Positions 24,901 through 34,302 of a stretch of DNA of 50,633 bases are shown here, piece after piece. A program made the position numbers and the translations under genes. The notes beneath the pieces are model-generated. The model was not told where the DNA came from, did no database searches, and worked only from the letters and a program-made list of their open reading frames with translations. This stretch comes from a phage, in sequence record NC_102605.1. One strand, written 5' to 3'. Position 1 is the stretch's first letter, and each line of letters opens with the position of its first letter.

Positions 24901-25758
24901 ATCATACAGAACAAAAGCAGGGTTATTACTCCATGCCTTTTTCCAGGTTCCATCCCATGACCCTGAGTAAGTGCGGGAAATAGGATCATAATTTGACGGA
25001 ACATTAATGATTTTCCATTTTTTCTTAATGCTGATATTCGGCAACGCATTAGGGAATAATTCGCTGTCAAACTCAACATATACTAAACCAGTCAGGGGGT
25101 AACGAAATTTAGCGTCTACAACTTCCGCATAGCTTTGCATTTTAATCAGATCCGTTACCCTTGCTGACGTGCTATCTGTCAGGCGACGGACGCGCAATAA
25201 AACACGATCATTGAAAACAGGTAAATCAATTCGGCGGCTTCTGTCGTAACCGCTCATTGTTTTACCTTCAATTACATCATGCAAAACCTCTTTATATTCA
25301 GCACCATCAACAGCCATATCAACAGCATATTCAACGCGAACACCTGTTAGATCTCCGTTATCTTCCTGAGTAACCCCGCGAGGCATTAAAATTTTAATAC
25401 GGATCGCAGAAAGGTTTTTATTGGTAACAGAAATAATATAAGGCGTTGCGGCTGTCAGATCGCGAGCAACTGTAATTTCGCTGGCTGTATCAGTAAACCC
25501 CTGAATATAATCCTGCGTTTGCGTCCCCGGCCTGAATTCTGCCTTAACATTCTGAAAGTTTAGTGAACCATCCTGATTCATAACCGGAACGTCATCAAAA
25601 TATAAATCTTTCAATGAAAAGTCTGGATCAACTTCACCATCAGAAACGGCTAAAAGAATTCTGATCCTGTTAATTGAAATTAGGTTATCTTCCATTTCAA
25701 CAGGTGTATGAGGCTTTGAAGAACCGCCCTTACTTCCAGTTATCATATTTTTGATCAT
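21982..25758 (-). CDS. Central tail fibre / host-specificity protein (lambda J-like, 1258 aa)
   Basis: Size, position after the I-like gene, conserved J-like N-terminal region and FN3-like repeats. Confidence 0.85.
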   Translation of the reverse strand: MIKNMITGSKGGSSKPHTPVEMEDNLISINRIRILLAVSDGEVDPDFSLKDLYFDDVPVMNQDGSLNFQNVKAEFRPGTQTQDYIQGFTDTASEITVARDLTAATPYIISVTNKNLSAIRIKILMPRGVTQEDNGDLTGVRVEYAVDMAVDGAEYKEVLHDVIEGKTMSGYDRSRRIDLPVFNDRVLLRVRRLTDSTSARVTDLIKMQSYAEVVDAKFRYPLTGLVYVEFDSELFPNALPNISIKKKWKIINVPSNYDPISRTYSGSWDGTWKKAWSNNPAFVLYDLITNQRYGLDQRELGIALDKWSIYECAQYCDQMVPDSKGGTEPRYLCDVVIQSQVEAYQLVRDICSIFRGMSFWNGESLSIVIDKPRDASYIFTNDNVVNGEFTYTFASEKSMYTQCNVTFDDEQNMYQQDVEGVFETEAALRFGYNSTSITAIGCTRRSEANRRGRWILKTNVKSTTVNFATGLEGMIPTVGDVIVVSDNFWSSALTLNLSGRVMEVSGLQVFTPFKVDARAGDRILVNKPDGKPVGRTIARVSDDGKTLTLNTTFGFDVQPDTIFAIERTDIAQQRYVVTGITKGDGDEEFTYNITAVEYDPNKYDEIDYGVNIDDRPTSIVQPDILPAPQNVKIESYSRVVQGSSVETMHVSWDKVEYASLYEMQWRKDNGNWNNTPRTANKETEVEGIYAGNYHVRVRSVAANGSASGWSAIVSAGLTGKVGEPERPINLTASDNEVFGIRVKWGMPEGSGDTAYIELHQAPNGSDGHPIVDEATLLTLIPFPQYEYWHSILPAGHVVWYKARAVDKIGNVSDWTDFVRGMASDDTSIITDHIKVDIENSDGYKWLQENAIKANDKIHSTAESVIENALANDKDVRRMRVENGKRKAEFLQSLKLIADETEARVTQVTQMSAQFDEKLTAQNSELREVIANSTETISQRIDQLTATFESEIDGVKQDIKAQITDVNQAITNEAEARASADRALSTQIGDTQSAVNQKLDSWVNGTSVGAMYGVKLGIRYNGQEYSAGMALSLVADGSGVKSQFLFDAGRFAIINNAQSGAFTLPFVVENNQVFINSLLVKNGSIGNAQIADQINSNNWSSGAAGWMINKNGYAEFNQVTVRGGVYASYGSFTGSVYAQDGWFRGTVYAEKIEGDVAKAVVLPIWGSVNIPAVNYNRHLVIPYVGLHGYTYSGGAWGGGTVWVDSTYGGRLATVRATAMHGGSSAYIMLPAGQATTLTYSGDLNHADAVPILTVLLFKA

Positions 25759-25769
25759 AGCTTTTAACC

Positions 25770-25790
25770 TTTTGTGCTATTTAAACGTGC
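25770..25790 (-). promoter_or_regulatory. Dyad-motif variant (aaatagcac-aaaag-gttaaaa) abutting the J start codon
   Basis: Motif halves present, but no room for a -10 before the ATG. Confidence 0.35.
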
Positions 25791-25805
25791 TGCCATTGTA
25801 CATGT

Positions 25806-25835
25806 AACAAAAAACCCGCGCAACGGCGGGTTTAT
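25806..25835 (-). terminator. Intrinsic terminator/attenuator between the I-like and J-like genes
   Basis: aaacccgc-cgttgc-gcgggttt followed by tttgtta on the minus strand. Confidence 0.55.
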
Positions 25836-25839
25836 ATAA

Positions 25840-26439
25840 TTAAAGTTTATCTTCTGCGTATGAGCCAGCACTGAATACAGCGCCGCCAACCGTTCTATAA
25901 CCATACGGCAAACATACCGGATAACCTGCCGCCGTAGTATTAACAGCACCACCAAACGCATATGATGGTTTATTTGCTGCGCTTTGGCTCTCCATTCTCA
26001 TTCCTCCTTGTTGTGGGCTAATCATTTGCATTACGCCGCCAAGAGCCATTGCTCCACCCATCATAAATGCAGCCGATGAAAAAGCACCCATAGCCGCCAG
26101 CGATGCACCACCAGTGAAAAACGCAGTGACCATAATAACAGCACCCAAAACAACTTGGAATAAACCGCCACTTTTTGAACCTGTTGGAACCGGAACAATT
26201 CGAACCTCGCGAGCGCAACGCCATGCGCTATCATTATTCAGGCCAACATTTTTACCATCAACGAAAATTGCAAATTTCATCTTTGATCCGATTTCACTTT
26301 GCATAAATTCTTTGAATCCTTCAACCTGGCTTGATAATGCCCTTACGCATTCAGGCCAACTATCAACAGCATATTTATGGAAAACACCAAAACGGCGACC
26401 TAATGAGCCTGATAATTTTACGTTGATAACCTTATTCAT
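25840..26439 (-). CDS. Tail assembly protein (lambda I-like)
   Basis: Size, position between K-like and J-like genes, Gly/Ala-rich hydrophobic C-terminus. Confidence 0.7.
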   Translation of the reverse strand: MNKVINVKLSGSLGRRFGVFHKYAVDSWPECVRALSSQVEGFKEFMQSEIGSKMKFAIFVDGKNVGLNNDSAWRCAREVRIVPVPTGSKSGGLFQVVLGAVIMVTAFFTGGASLAAMGAFSSAAFMMGGAMALGGVMQMISPQQGGMRMESQSAANKPSYAFGGAVNTTAAGYPVCLPYGYRTVGGAVFSAGSYAEDKL

Positions 26440-27154
26440 TTTTCAGATCCTTATGTCTGCAAATCATTGTTGTGTGTTCCTGATACCATCCAGAATATAA
26501 ATCAACCCGCGACAACTTGCCGAATGCATGATGCAATAGTTGATTGTTGCCTAAATAAATTCCGGCGTGGTTCCATACTGGCGATTGCAACTGCATTATG
26601 ATCATGTCACCTGGCTTTGGCGGTTCGCCTGTTTCTATAAAACCTTCTTTCAAGTAATTATCTTGATAAAGGTTTTCACCATGTTCCGGCTTCCACCATT
26701 CATACGGCTTGCGGAAATCATTCAGGATCACGCCTTGCTCTTTATGCCAGGCCATAATAAGCCCCCAACAATCATAAGCGCCAAGCGACCAGGGGCGACC
26801 AATCAAAGGCCGTGATTGTGGCTCTATGATTCTCATGTCTCCCTCTGGTATAGAAACGATAACCCAAGAAACACCAGTTTCATCACACATGCACAAATCG
26901 TGTGCGCTAGGAATTGTGGTTGCCCCTTCCCCTGTGTGGCTGTGAACTATCGCTATGATATCCGCGCCGCCGTCCTCAACTTCTGCATATTGTTCCGCGT
27001 CCATTTCAAAATGTTTTTCCGGCTCCTTGCTTACGTTGTCGATCCGGTGATATTTCTGTACGCGTGATTTTTGAGTTACCAGGCCGCAACATTCATTAGG
27101 ATAAACGTCATTGGCATGGCGCATAATTTCAAGTTTAATTTTTGCGTTAATCAT
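26432..27154 (-). CDS. Tail tip protein (lambda K-like) with JAB/MPN and NlpC/P60 domains
   Basis: MPN signature HSHTGEGA...S.HD plus C-terminal NlpC/P60-like region; ATGA overlap with the L-like gene. Confidence 0.8.
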   Translation of the reverse strand: MINAKIKLEIMRHANDVYPNECCGLVTQKSRVQKYHRIDNVSKEPEKHFEMDAEQYAEVEDGGADIIAIVHSHTGEGATTIPSAHDLCMCDETGVSWVIVSIPEGDMRIIEPQSRPLIGRPWSLGAYDCWGLIMAWHKEQGVILNDFRKPYEWWKPEHGENLYQDNYLKEGFIETGEPPKPGDMIIMQLQSPVWNHAGIYLGNNQLLHHAFGKLSRVDLYSGWYQEHTTMICRHKDLKNE

Positions 27155-27909
27155 TGGTTTTTCCTCAATAGTGATGCAACCGCGCAACCGCCGAAATCTA
27201 ATTCATTTTGAGCGCCAAAGCGCAATTTACAGGCTGTAACCGTTCCGGCGCAATAATCCTTGCTCGGATCTGTTACCGGATTATTGTCTTTATCGAACAT
27301 TGCCGATCCGTTATATCCGCAACCTTTCCCGCTTCTATACCATCCCCTTTGCGCCCAATAACAAACGCTTTGCGTGAGTCGTGGCGGGATCATAATTCCA
27401 TCCATATCATAAGGTGATGTTAATTCAAAACGTGCAACTGTCTGATTAACAAAATTCGGACGCTCAATATAATAAACCAGCTTTCTATATGCGCCGTCCT
27501 CCACGTTTCCTTCTTCATCAATTAAATCAGCCGATGTAACCCAAATTGTTACTTTGGCTTGCATCATGCCATTATATGATCTGATTAATGCAGATACGCG
27601 GCTATCTAAATTTGAAAGCGCTAATTGTGGTTTCTCTGCCTTTCCGTTACTTGTAAAGCCAATGCCAGTAATCCCAAAAGGCCGCGCCCCGTAAACCTCG
27701 CCACGGAATTTAATATCTTTCGGCGGCAATATTCCAGTTTCACGCGCTTGCATTAATTCCTCTGGCGTGTACGCGATATTTTCAGCATGAAAGCGGTAAA
27801 CCTGCGCACCAAATTTTGTGCCGTCAACCTCAACAAGCGTAATTATTTCACCAGGGAAAAGCGATTGCAGACAATTTTCAAAAGTCTTTTTGATCTGTTT
27901 TTCAGCCAT
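27151..27909 (-). CDS. Minor tail protein (lambda L-like)
   Basis: Size, order and C-terminal Cys cluster typical of L. Confidence 0.7.
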   Translation of the reverse strand: MAEKQIKKTFENCLQSLFPGEIITLVEVDGTKFGAQVYRFHAENIAYTPEELMQARETGILPPKDIKFRGEVYGARPFGITGIGFTSNGKAEKPQLALSNLDSRVSALIRSYNGMMQAKVTIWVTSADLIDEEGNVEDGAYRKLVYYIERPNFVNQTVARFELTSPYDMDGIMIPPRLTQSVCYWAQRGWYRSGKGCGYNGSAMFDKDNNPVTDPSKDYCAGTVTACKLRFGAQNELDFGGCAVASLLRKNQ

Positions 27910-27976
27910 ATTCTATGCCCTCCAATAAAGCACCATTATAGACACAATAAAAAAGCCGCACAATGGCGGCTTTGAT

Positions 27977-28324
27977 TTATCGCATGGATGTAAATTCTTC
28001 CGTGAAAGTTGCTTTGACTTCCTGAGCGGTTGGGCTTATTGGCGTTAGCCCTACCGTTCCGGCTTTAACCGTAAACAACCCTAAATCACCATCCGGCATC
28101 CTCCACAAGAAAGGCTTTAATCTGTGATCCGTCATGAACGCTTTCACTTTTTTATAATCAGTGCCAGCGTAAACAATAGAAAACTCCCTCCGCTCCGTGT
28201 TAAATCCAGAAGACGCCTTTTGGCGATAACCGTTACCAAAAACAACTTCCCTGTCGTTATTGGTAGTTGTCATTACACCGCCGCCGCTCTGAATCTGCGT
28301 ACACCAGGTAAATTCATCTAACAT
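27977..28324 (-). CDS. Minor tail protein (lambda M-like)
   Basis: 115 aa, immediately downstream of the tape measure gene. Confidence 0.7.
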   Translation of the reverse strand: MLDEFTWCTQIQSGGGVMTTTNNDREVVFGNGYRQKASSGFNTERREFSIVYAGTDYKKVKAFMTDHRLKPFLWRMPDGDLGLFTVKAGTVGLTPISPTAQEVKATFTEEFTSMR

Positions 28325-31233
28325 TAAGCCCTCCCATGAACAAAATTATAAACCTCGCCACCTTGCGAGCATGAACGTTGAATCATTTCGGTGAAAATCA
28401 TCTTAATACCAGTTTCCATACCTTTTGGATCTTGACCGTTGTCAATGTTAACGTTGATATCACCAAATGCAAATTGCGATGCACCGCGATTGATGCCAGC
28501 GCCGCCAGTTGTCACGCTCCCTACTTGACCGCCGTTTGCATAACCTCGCATCATGCGATACAGGTTTTTGGCTCCGATCCTTTGCGTTGCCTCTTTGGTG
28601 AAAACAAACTCACCCTTATGAACCACTCCAGCCGGATCATATTTTCCACCGTCGCCAGTATAACCGCCGCCAGCAAAACCAGCACCGCTTAAAAGGCTCC
28701 CAAGCGTCCAGGTTGAGCCGCCCATCATGCCGGAAATGCTATTGAAGATAACCATCTTTGTGATCATCTGAACAATCAGGCTAATGATCGATTTTGCAAA
28801 GTCTTTGAAGTTTGCTTGTCCAGTAGTCAAAAAATCAGCCATTTGTTGCGATAGGCCGTTTAGCGCCTGGCTCGCAATGTTGCCGATATTATCATACATG
28901 TTCATTGCTTCCTCGCCGTACTCCGCAAAGGCATTTTTAGCGCCAGCTAACCAATCAGCGCGTTTAGCATCTTCCTCTTTATAGCGATTGTCTAATGCAT
29001 CCATCATTGCGGTGAGTTGCGGATCTCCTTCCTTGCCTCCTTTAGCAAGATAATCAGCCTCAACCTTTGCACGTTCCGCCGCTCTTGCTGCTTCACGCTC
29101 GCTTAATCCTCTTGTTTTGGCTAGTGCTTCTGTTGCTGCTTTCTGCTGCTGGATAAACTTGATTGAGCTATCTTGCAACTGATTCAGGCGAGTTTGTGCA
29201 ACAATCTGATCGCCTAAAATAGCTTTTTGTTCAGCCATCGCCAGGATCTTATCTTTGTTGGCTAAAATGCTTTTTTCTTCATCAGTAAGTTGCCGTTTTG
29301 TTGAGGCTTCTTGCAAAATCTGAATTTTAGCTTGTTCAGCCCATAAAGATTTACGTTGCTGGCTTATGGTATCCGTGATCGTCTTGTGCTCTTTCAAAAC
29401 TCTTAATTGAGTTTCTAACGCCAGGATATCACGCTGATATTGTTCTTCCAGCTTATCGCCAGCCGATACATTAACTTTTTCAGCCTTTTGCTTTTTATCG
29501 CGCTTGGCTAATTCCTCGGCTTCCTTCCTGATATTCTCTTTTGTTTTTGTTGCATATTGCTGTTCAACCGCCGCACGATTTTTCATCATGTCAATGTAAC
29601 CCTGCTCGCCTTTTTTGACTCGCTCGTTACGTTCAGCAATTGATTTTAATAGCTCCTTGTTGTTCTCCTTAGCGTTATTGATAATCTTCTGTTGCTGCGA
29701 AATAACAGAATCGCCAACATTATCAAGCCCTGGTATTTTTTGCATCGTTTTTGTTGCCGACACAATAAATTCACCAATGAGAATATCACCCTGATTAAGC
29801 AAATATCGAACTTGCTCAACGGTTCCGGCTACAACGTCAATAATCAGGTTAAGCGCCGCCAGCGTGTGATCCCCAACCCAACCCCATGCATCTGACGCCC
29901 ATTTTTTAATGTTCGTCCACATCTTTTCTAATGGCGTTGCGGAGTCTGCCAGTTTAGCTAATCTCTGATCCATAACATCAGCAAATAATTTTGTCGCCGC
30001 CGTTACTGCTTCCGTTTTGCCTTTCGTTTTCTCCAGGTCTGCAATATAAGTTAACTGCCCTTCACTTAAAAAGTTGAATTGCTCGTTTAGCTCTGCAAGA
30101 CCTTTAACCGGATCGCCAGCAATCTTATTAAAGTAATCGGTTATCTTGTCGCTTGATTCACCCGTTACCGTTGACCACTGAGCGGTAGTCTTTGTGATCG
30201 ATTTAATCTGATCAATCGTGAATTTGCCGGATTTTGCAAGCTCTGTTGCGATGGATCGGATGTTTCCCATCGTCGCATCAGTGCTGTTATTAATGTCCTG
30301 CGCCAGCTTATCGAACTGTGCGCCGCTTGTGCCAGCATATCCACCAGTCAGCACCAACGCCTCTTGCAAGTCACGTTGCGACTTATACGCATCATAACCA
30401 GCCTTAACAAGAGCACCCATTGAAACGGCTAAGGCGGCAAGGCCAACGTTTACCGGATTCAGAAACGACAACAGCGCTTTAAACGTATTACCAACGCCGC
30501 CGAAAGAATCCTTAATCTGTCCACCCTGCTGGATTGCAACCAACCAAACAGGCATACCGGAAGCCAGCGACGTTACAACGTCAGTGATCTGAGCCGGAAG
30601 TTGCGCCATAGCTTGCTTGTATTGCCCCGCGCTAATTCCGGTTAACTTCATCTGTTTTTCTTGCGCTTTAAGCTGTGCAATGAATGGCGCGGCCTGAGCA
30701 CTTACGCCAAGTTGCGCCGCTTTCATTTCCAGCAATTCGGCTTTTGTTTTTCCAAGCGCGGCGGCTTGCGATTCCAGATCCGCAAGGAAAGTTTTTCCGG
30801 CTAACGCTGCTTTCTCTTTGGCTTTTGATTCCTCAAGTGCTGCGCGGCCTTCTTCCGTTAACGCCTTTTTATTACGCTCCAGCTTACTGATCTGAGTTTC
30901 CAGCATACTCCCCAACTGGAAAAACGTTTCATCGGGAACAATGCCCTTTTGCCATAGCTTATCAAGATCACTTGCGGCCTGAGATAGCTTGCGCATTTTC
31001 GCCGCTGTCGGATCAACAGTGTCCTGAATGCGTTTAAATTCACGGCTCTGTTTCGCCAATTCATCAGCTAATTGTTTTGCTCTTTGCTTTGCAATTTCTT
31101 CCTCATTAACAAAGCTCTCAACGCCTTTCTTTGCTTCGTCGTTTGCTTTTTTAAAGTCCTGCAATGACTTTACAGCCCTGTTTAACTGCTCGACGTTAAC
31201 GCCAAGTGTTAAACCTGCAAATTGTTCAGCCAT
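28324..31233 (-). CDS. Tail tape measure protein
   Basis: About 970 aa, extensively alpha-helical/coiled-coil, Gly-rich hydrophobic C-terminal segment; GAGGG RBS. Confidence 0.85.
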   Translation of the reverse strand: MAEQFAGLTLGVNVEQLNRAVKSLQDFKKANDEAKKGVESFVNEEEIAKQRAKQLADELAKQSREFKRIQDTVDPTAAKMRKLSQAASDLDKLWQKGIVPDETFFQLGSMLETQISKLERNKKALTEEGRAALEESKAKEKAALAGKTFLADLESQAAALGKTKAELLEMKAAQLGVSAQAAPFIAQLKAQEKQMKLTGISAGQYKQAMAQLPAQITDVVTSLASGMPVWLVAIQQGGQIKDSFGGVGNTFKALLSFLNPVNVGLAALAVSMGALVKAGYDAYKSQRDLQEALVLTGGYAGTSGAQFDKLAQDINNSTDATMGNIRSIATELAKSGKFTIDQIKSITKTTAQWSTVTGESSDKITDYFNKIAGDPVKGLAELNEQFNFLSEGQLTYIADLEKTKGKTEAVTAATKLFADVMDQRLAKLADSATPLEKMWTNIKKWASDAWGWVGDHTLAALNLIIDVVAGTVEQVRYLLNQGDILIGEFIVSATKTMQKIPGLDNVGDSVISQQQKIINNAKENNKELLKSIAERNERVKKGEQGYIDMMKNRAAVEQQYATKTKENIRKEAEELAKRDKKQKAEKVNVSAGDKLEEQYQRDILALETQLRVLKEHKTITDTISQQRKSLWAEQAKIQILQEASTKRQLTDEEKSILANKDKILAMAEQKAILGDQIVAQTRLNQLQDSSIKFIQQQKAATEALAKTRGLSEREAARAAERAKVEADYLAKGGKEGDPQLTAMMDALDNRYKEEDAKRADWLAGAKNAFAEYGEEAMNMYDNIGNIASQALNGLSQQMADFLTTGQANFKDFAKSIISLIVQMITKMVIFNSISGMMGGSTWTLGSLLSGAGFAGGGYTGDGGKYDPAGVVHKGEFVFTKEATQRIGAKNLYRMMRGYANGGQVGSVTTGGAGINRGASQFAFGDINVNIDNGQDPKGMETGIKMIFTEMIQRSCSQGGEVYNFVHGRA

Positions 31234-31248
31234 ATATTTTACCCTCAT

Positions 31249-31275
31249 AAAAAAAGCGCCCGTAGGCGCTTTATT
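31249..31275 (-). terminator. Intrinsic terminator/attenuator between the GT chaperone and tape measure genes
   Basis: aagcgcc-tacg-ggcgctt followed by seven T on the minus strand. Confidence 0.6.
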
Positions 31276-31902
31276 TGTTATTTGCTTGCATCATTTCCAG
31301 TGCTTTTTGTTCCATGATGCGCAAGTCATTTAAGGCCATTTCTTCATCGTCTATTTTATAGATTCTGAATAACATAGGCAAAACATTATAATCAAAACCG
31401 TAAGCACCAGCGCCAGCACTACGCCACTGTGTACCCATCGCGCAAAATATATCCCATGATTGCATCATACTTTCATCAAATATGACCTCTGGCGGATCTT
31501 CTCCTTCATAGTCTGCGCGGGTTAATCCTACGGCTTGCAATTCTGCATCTGTCGGCGGTTTCTGATAATACAGATAAACCGCCAGTTTTAGTTTTTTACG
31601 CGTTGCCCTGCCAGCGCACTTAAATAAGATCCCATAAGAGCCAGCGCCGCGCCAGGATAATAATCAACTAACAGTTGCGCGTTTTCTTCGTTGAATTCTT
31701 CTTCCAGATCCCAACCAACGGCAACATTCATGATGAATTCAGGATCTTTAATACCTTCTTTCTGGTAAAGCTCTTGAATCTCGCTGGCCTTTTTATGCTT
31801 AACGGTAAACACAATTTTTTGCTCGTTACCATCCGGCAATACAAATTTAACTGGAAGTTTGAAATCTGGAAGCGGGGCAAGAGTCAATTTCATTTTAGCC
31901 AT
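31271..31902 (-). CDS. Tail assembly chaperone GT fusion made by programmed -1 ribosomal frameshift
   Basis: Slippery heptamer A-AAA-AAC at 31591-31597 just before the G stop; -1 frame is open into ORF 31271..31540. Confidence 0.6.
31588..31902 (-). CDS. Tail assembly chaperone (lambda G-like)
   Basis: About 104 aa, between the major tail and tape measure genes; AGGAGA RBS. Confidence 0.65.
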   Translation of the reverse strand: MAKMKLTLAPLPDFKLPVKFVLPDGNEQKIVFTVKHKKASEIQELYQKEGIKDPEFIMNVAVGWDLEEEFNEENAQLLVDYYPGAALALMGSYLSALAGQRVKN

Positions 31903-31947
31903 TGTCATTTCTCCTGAGTGGTTAAATATTGAGGTGATATTACATCA

Positions 31948-31980
31948 AATAAAAAAGGGACGCAATGCGCCCCTTTAAAT
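31948..31980 (-). terminator. Rho-independent terminator immediately after the major tail protein gene
   Basis: 10-bp stem (aaaggggcgc/gcgtcccttt with one G-U pair) followed by ttttttatttg on the minus strand. Confidence 0.7.
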
Positions 31981-32639
31981 TAAGCCTGAGTAGAAGGCAA
32001 GAAAGTAAATCGACCTTTCAGGGATACCGACAAAGAAACGGTTTCCATTTCGTTTACCGCCGTTTGTGGGATCTCGTTGAAAGAAAGCACACCAGCCCAA
32101 AGGCGCATTTCTTTTGCTTTTGGTACATACATGCGCAATGCTTTAACGTCGCCGGATTCGTCAGCCTTACGCAAGAGCGGATAAATCGGATTATCGTACT
32201 CATGCGCAAAGGTGTAAGTCAGTGACACCGCGCTTTTATAGGTTGGTAACTGCTGCTCCTGGTCATCGCTCAAGCACTGGTAATTGTAATACTGCTGCTC
32301 GCCGCCGTCCTGCCCCAAGTCCTGTACGCATGGGATCTCTGTCCATGATTCAATTTTCATAACGCTACCAGTAGCGCCGGACGGAAAAACGTTTTCATCA
32401 GTGGTGTCGATACCTTCAAGCGTGAAACTTGTGTTATCGCTAACCTCTTTAACTCGCAGTACACGATCAAGAAGTTTACCCCACGTTGATACAGTGACAA
32501 TCACATAATCACCTTTTTTCAATCCGCCAGTATCAGACGCGGTAAACACCGGATCTGTTGCGTTGCTGATTGCTGTTGCTTTGATTTCTGAGCCGCGAGT
32601 ATTCTCAATAAAAATCTGTGATCCGTTAGGTAAGTGCAT
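31980..32639 (-). CDS. Major tail (tube) protein
   Basis: Position upstream of the G/GT chaperones, followed by a strong terminator. Confidence 0.6.
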   Translation of the reverse strand: MHLPNGSQIFIENTRGSEIKATAISNATDPVFTASDTGGLKKGDYVIVTVSTWGKLLDRVLRVKEVSDNTSFTLEGIDTTDENVFPSGATGSVMKIESWTEIPCVQDLGQDGGEQQYYNYQCLSDDQEQQLPTYKSAVSLTYTFAHEYDNPIYPLLRKADESGDVKALRMYVPKAKEMRLWAGVLSFNEIPQTAVNEMETVSLSVSLKGRFTFLPSTQA

Positions 32640-32653
32640 AATAGCCCCCTTTA

Positions 32654-33046
32654 TTAACCATCATAACGAACATAAAAACGTACTGGATAAAACCAGCCTG
32701 ATTCTGATTTCTGAACTTGATGCACTTTTGCACCTTCTGAAATATAGCCATTCGAAAGCATTTTACCATCTTCAAAGAAATCAGCAATATTTTTTGCCAG
32801 CTTGCGAGCCTTATCAATTCCTGAGCCTGGCGGGAATTCAATTCCGATCTGAACCATTCCAATATAGCTAATGCATTTCCTTTTCAGATCATGAATTATT
32901 GTATCTGCTTCTTTGTAGTCATATTTCAGCCAAATTCCGCCGCCTTTTGGTGGCGTAAATTCAACGTTTTCATAAGCGATCATATATTCGCTTTCGTATT
33001 CTTGAGCCAGCGCCATTCTTGCAGCAACAGATAATTCATAGTGCAT
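32654..33046 (-). CDS. Tail terminator-like protein
   Basis: 130 aa, directly upstream of the major tail gene; synteny only. Confidence 0.45.
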   Translation of the reverse strand: MHYELSVAARMALAQEYESEYMIAYENVEFTPPKGGGIWLKYDYKEADTIIHDLKRKCISYIGMVQIGIEFPPGSGIDKARKLAKNIADFFEDGKMLSNGYISEGAKVHQVQKSESGWFYPVRFYVRYDG

Positions 33047-33485
33047 TTTTCTTTCTCGCCTCCCTTATCGCTTCCGCCATGTAAGAGCGCAACCGGATCG
33101 CAACGATACCAAATACCCCCGCTGGCGCTTGCTTTGAATGACCATATTCAAGAGCATTAGCGTAAATCAGCATATTGGAAAAGTATATTGATTTAATAGC
33201 GCCGCCTCCATGCAATAAAGCATAAAGCGCCCTGCGACCTTCCGCCTTTGTTTTCTCACCATCAGGATCATATTGATTGAGCGCGTAAAGAGGCGGCTTG
33301 TTTGCTGTGATCTGCATATTGGCTTTGAATCGTCCTGTATCCACTGGCGCAATATCAACTAATGCGCCGTGAACCTTTTCACCAAAAATCTGAATCACGT
33401 CATTCAATCCGCTTTCTACTTGCTCGATCCATTTGTCAACATTGCCATGAAATTCTCGGATCGAATAATCAGCCATGAACCGCAA
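33036..33485 (-). CDS. Tail completion / neck protein (HK97 gp10-like)
   Basis: Size and synteny in the head-tail joining module. Confidence 0.45.
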   Translation of the reverse strand: MRFMADYSIREFHGNVDKWIEQVESGLNDVIQIFGEKVHGALVDIAPVDTGRFKANMQITANKPPLYALNQYDPDGEKTKAEGRRALYALLHGGGAIKSIYFSNMLIYANALEYGHSKQAPAGVFGIVAIRLRSYMAEAIREARKKNAL

Positions 33486-33849
33486 TCCTCCGCATTATTG
33501 GACGGTAAGCAACGGTAATGCTTGTTGGTCTGATTGGTCTTGTTTCAACCATAACATAACGCTCGCCGTCGATATCAATCTGATATCCGTTTTTAAGCTC
33601 TACATCAGCATTAAAAACGCCTAACTTGTCGGTAACTCTAATTGTCTCTCCGTCAACTTCTCGCGTCCGTGGTGCTCTCACAAGACCTTTAATCTTCACC
33701 TTTATTTCAGGTTTTTCAACCTCAATACCGCCAACAATTTCAACGCTTCCAGGTTGAGTAATGCAATCAAATTCACCAGTTCCATCGCTAAAAAAATTAA
33801 TTCCAGCCGATGCCATAGATCTGATTTGTTCATAATTCATCGTGAGCAC
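33469..33849 (-). CDS. Head closure / head-tail adaptor protein
   Basis: Size and synteny. Confidence 0.45.
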   Translation of the reverse strand: MLTMNYEQIRSMASAGINFFSDGTGEFDCITQPGSVEIVGGIEVEKPEIKVKIKGLVRAPRTREVDGETIRVTDKLGVFNADVELKNGYQIDIDGERYVMVETRPIRPTSITVAYRPIMRRIAVHG

Positions 33850-34256
33850 CTCCGATGAAAGGCAGTTGTAAGGCCAAATCCGCCGCCTTTTTTCTTGTTG
33901 AGAACTTCATACATTTTACCCCACGGCGTTTGGCGCAACGTGTTACCGCTTGTGTCGTCGCTAACTTTGCTGAACGTCTGCGAAAACTCACCAGTCAGGG
34001 AAAATGACGCTATACGATGCGAGTAGCTTTCTACGCTCTCACTTTCCTGTTTCATAGCTCCGTCAAGAGTCATCAGGTGCAAAGTGTAAAGAGCAACAGC
34101 GCGGAAATATTTGTCTTTGAAATGCTTTTCGCAAACGAAATCTTTAGCCAGTTCAATCCATGCCTGAATCAATTCAGGATCAACTTTCTTGAATGCTGGC
34201 GCGATTTTATAAATTTGCTCTAGGATCTCAATATCGCCATAAATTTCATCAACCAT
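33837..34256 (-). CDS. Head-tail connector protein
   Basis: Track 33837..34268; ATG after GGGGGT RBS; synteny. Confidence 0.45.
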   Translation of the reverse strand: MVDEIYGDIEILEQIYKIAPAFKKVDPELIQAWIELAKDFVCEKHFKDKYFRAVALYTLHLMTLDGAMKQESESVESYSHRIASFSLTGEFSQTFSKVSDDTSGNTLRQTPWGKMYEVLNKKKGGGFGLTTAFHRRCSR

Positions 34257-34262
34257 AATAAC

Positions 34263-34300
34263 CCCCATAATAAAAAAGGCGCTACATGAGCGCCCTTTCT
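34263..34300 (-). terminator. Intrinsic terminator module (hairpin, T-tract, TATTATGGGGGTTATT-ATG)
   Basis: ggcgct-catgta-gcgcc plus six T; near-identical to the module at 39758-39790. Confidence 0.6.
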
Positions 34301-34302
34301 AA

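Noticed and set aside
26432-27240. Apparent 1-nt frame inconsistencies when hand-indexing the K/L gene junction
   Set aside because: Attributed to my own indexing error rather than a real frameshift, since the ORF track is internally consistent. Track coordinates were used and hand-derived positions are flagged as approximate.
28378-31064. Antisense plus-strand ORFs inside the tape measure and other late genes (e.g. 28378..28692, 31028..31333, 35112..35552, 36844..37389)
   Set aside because: Each lies wholly within a well-supported minus-strand structural gene, lacks an RBS and has biased low-complexity composition. Frame-shadow artefacts.
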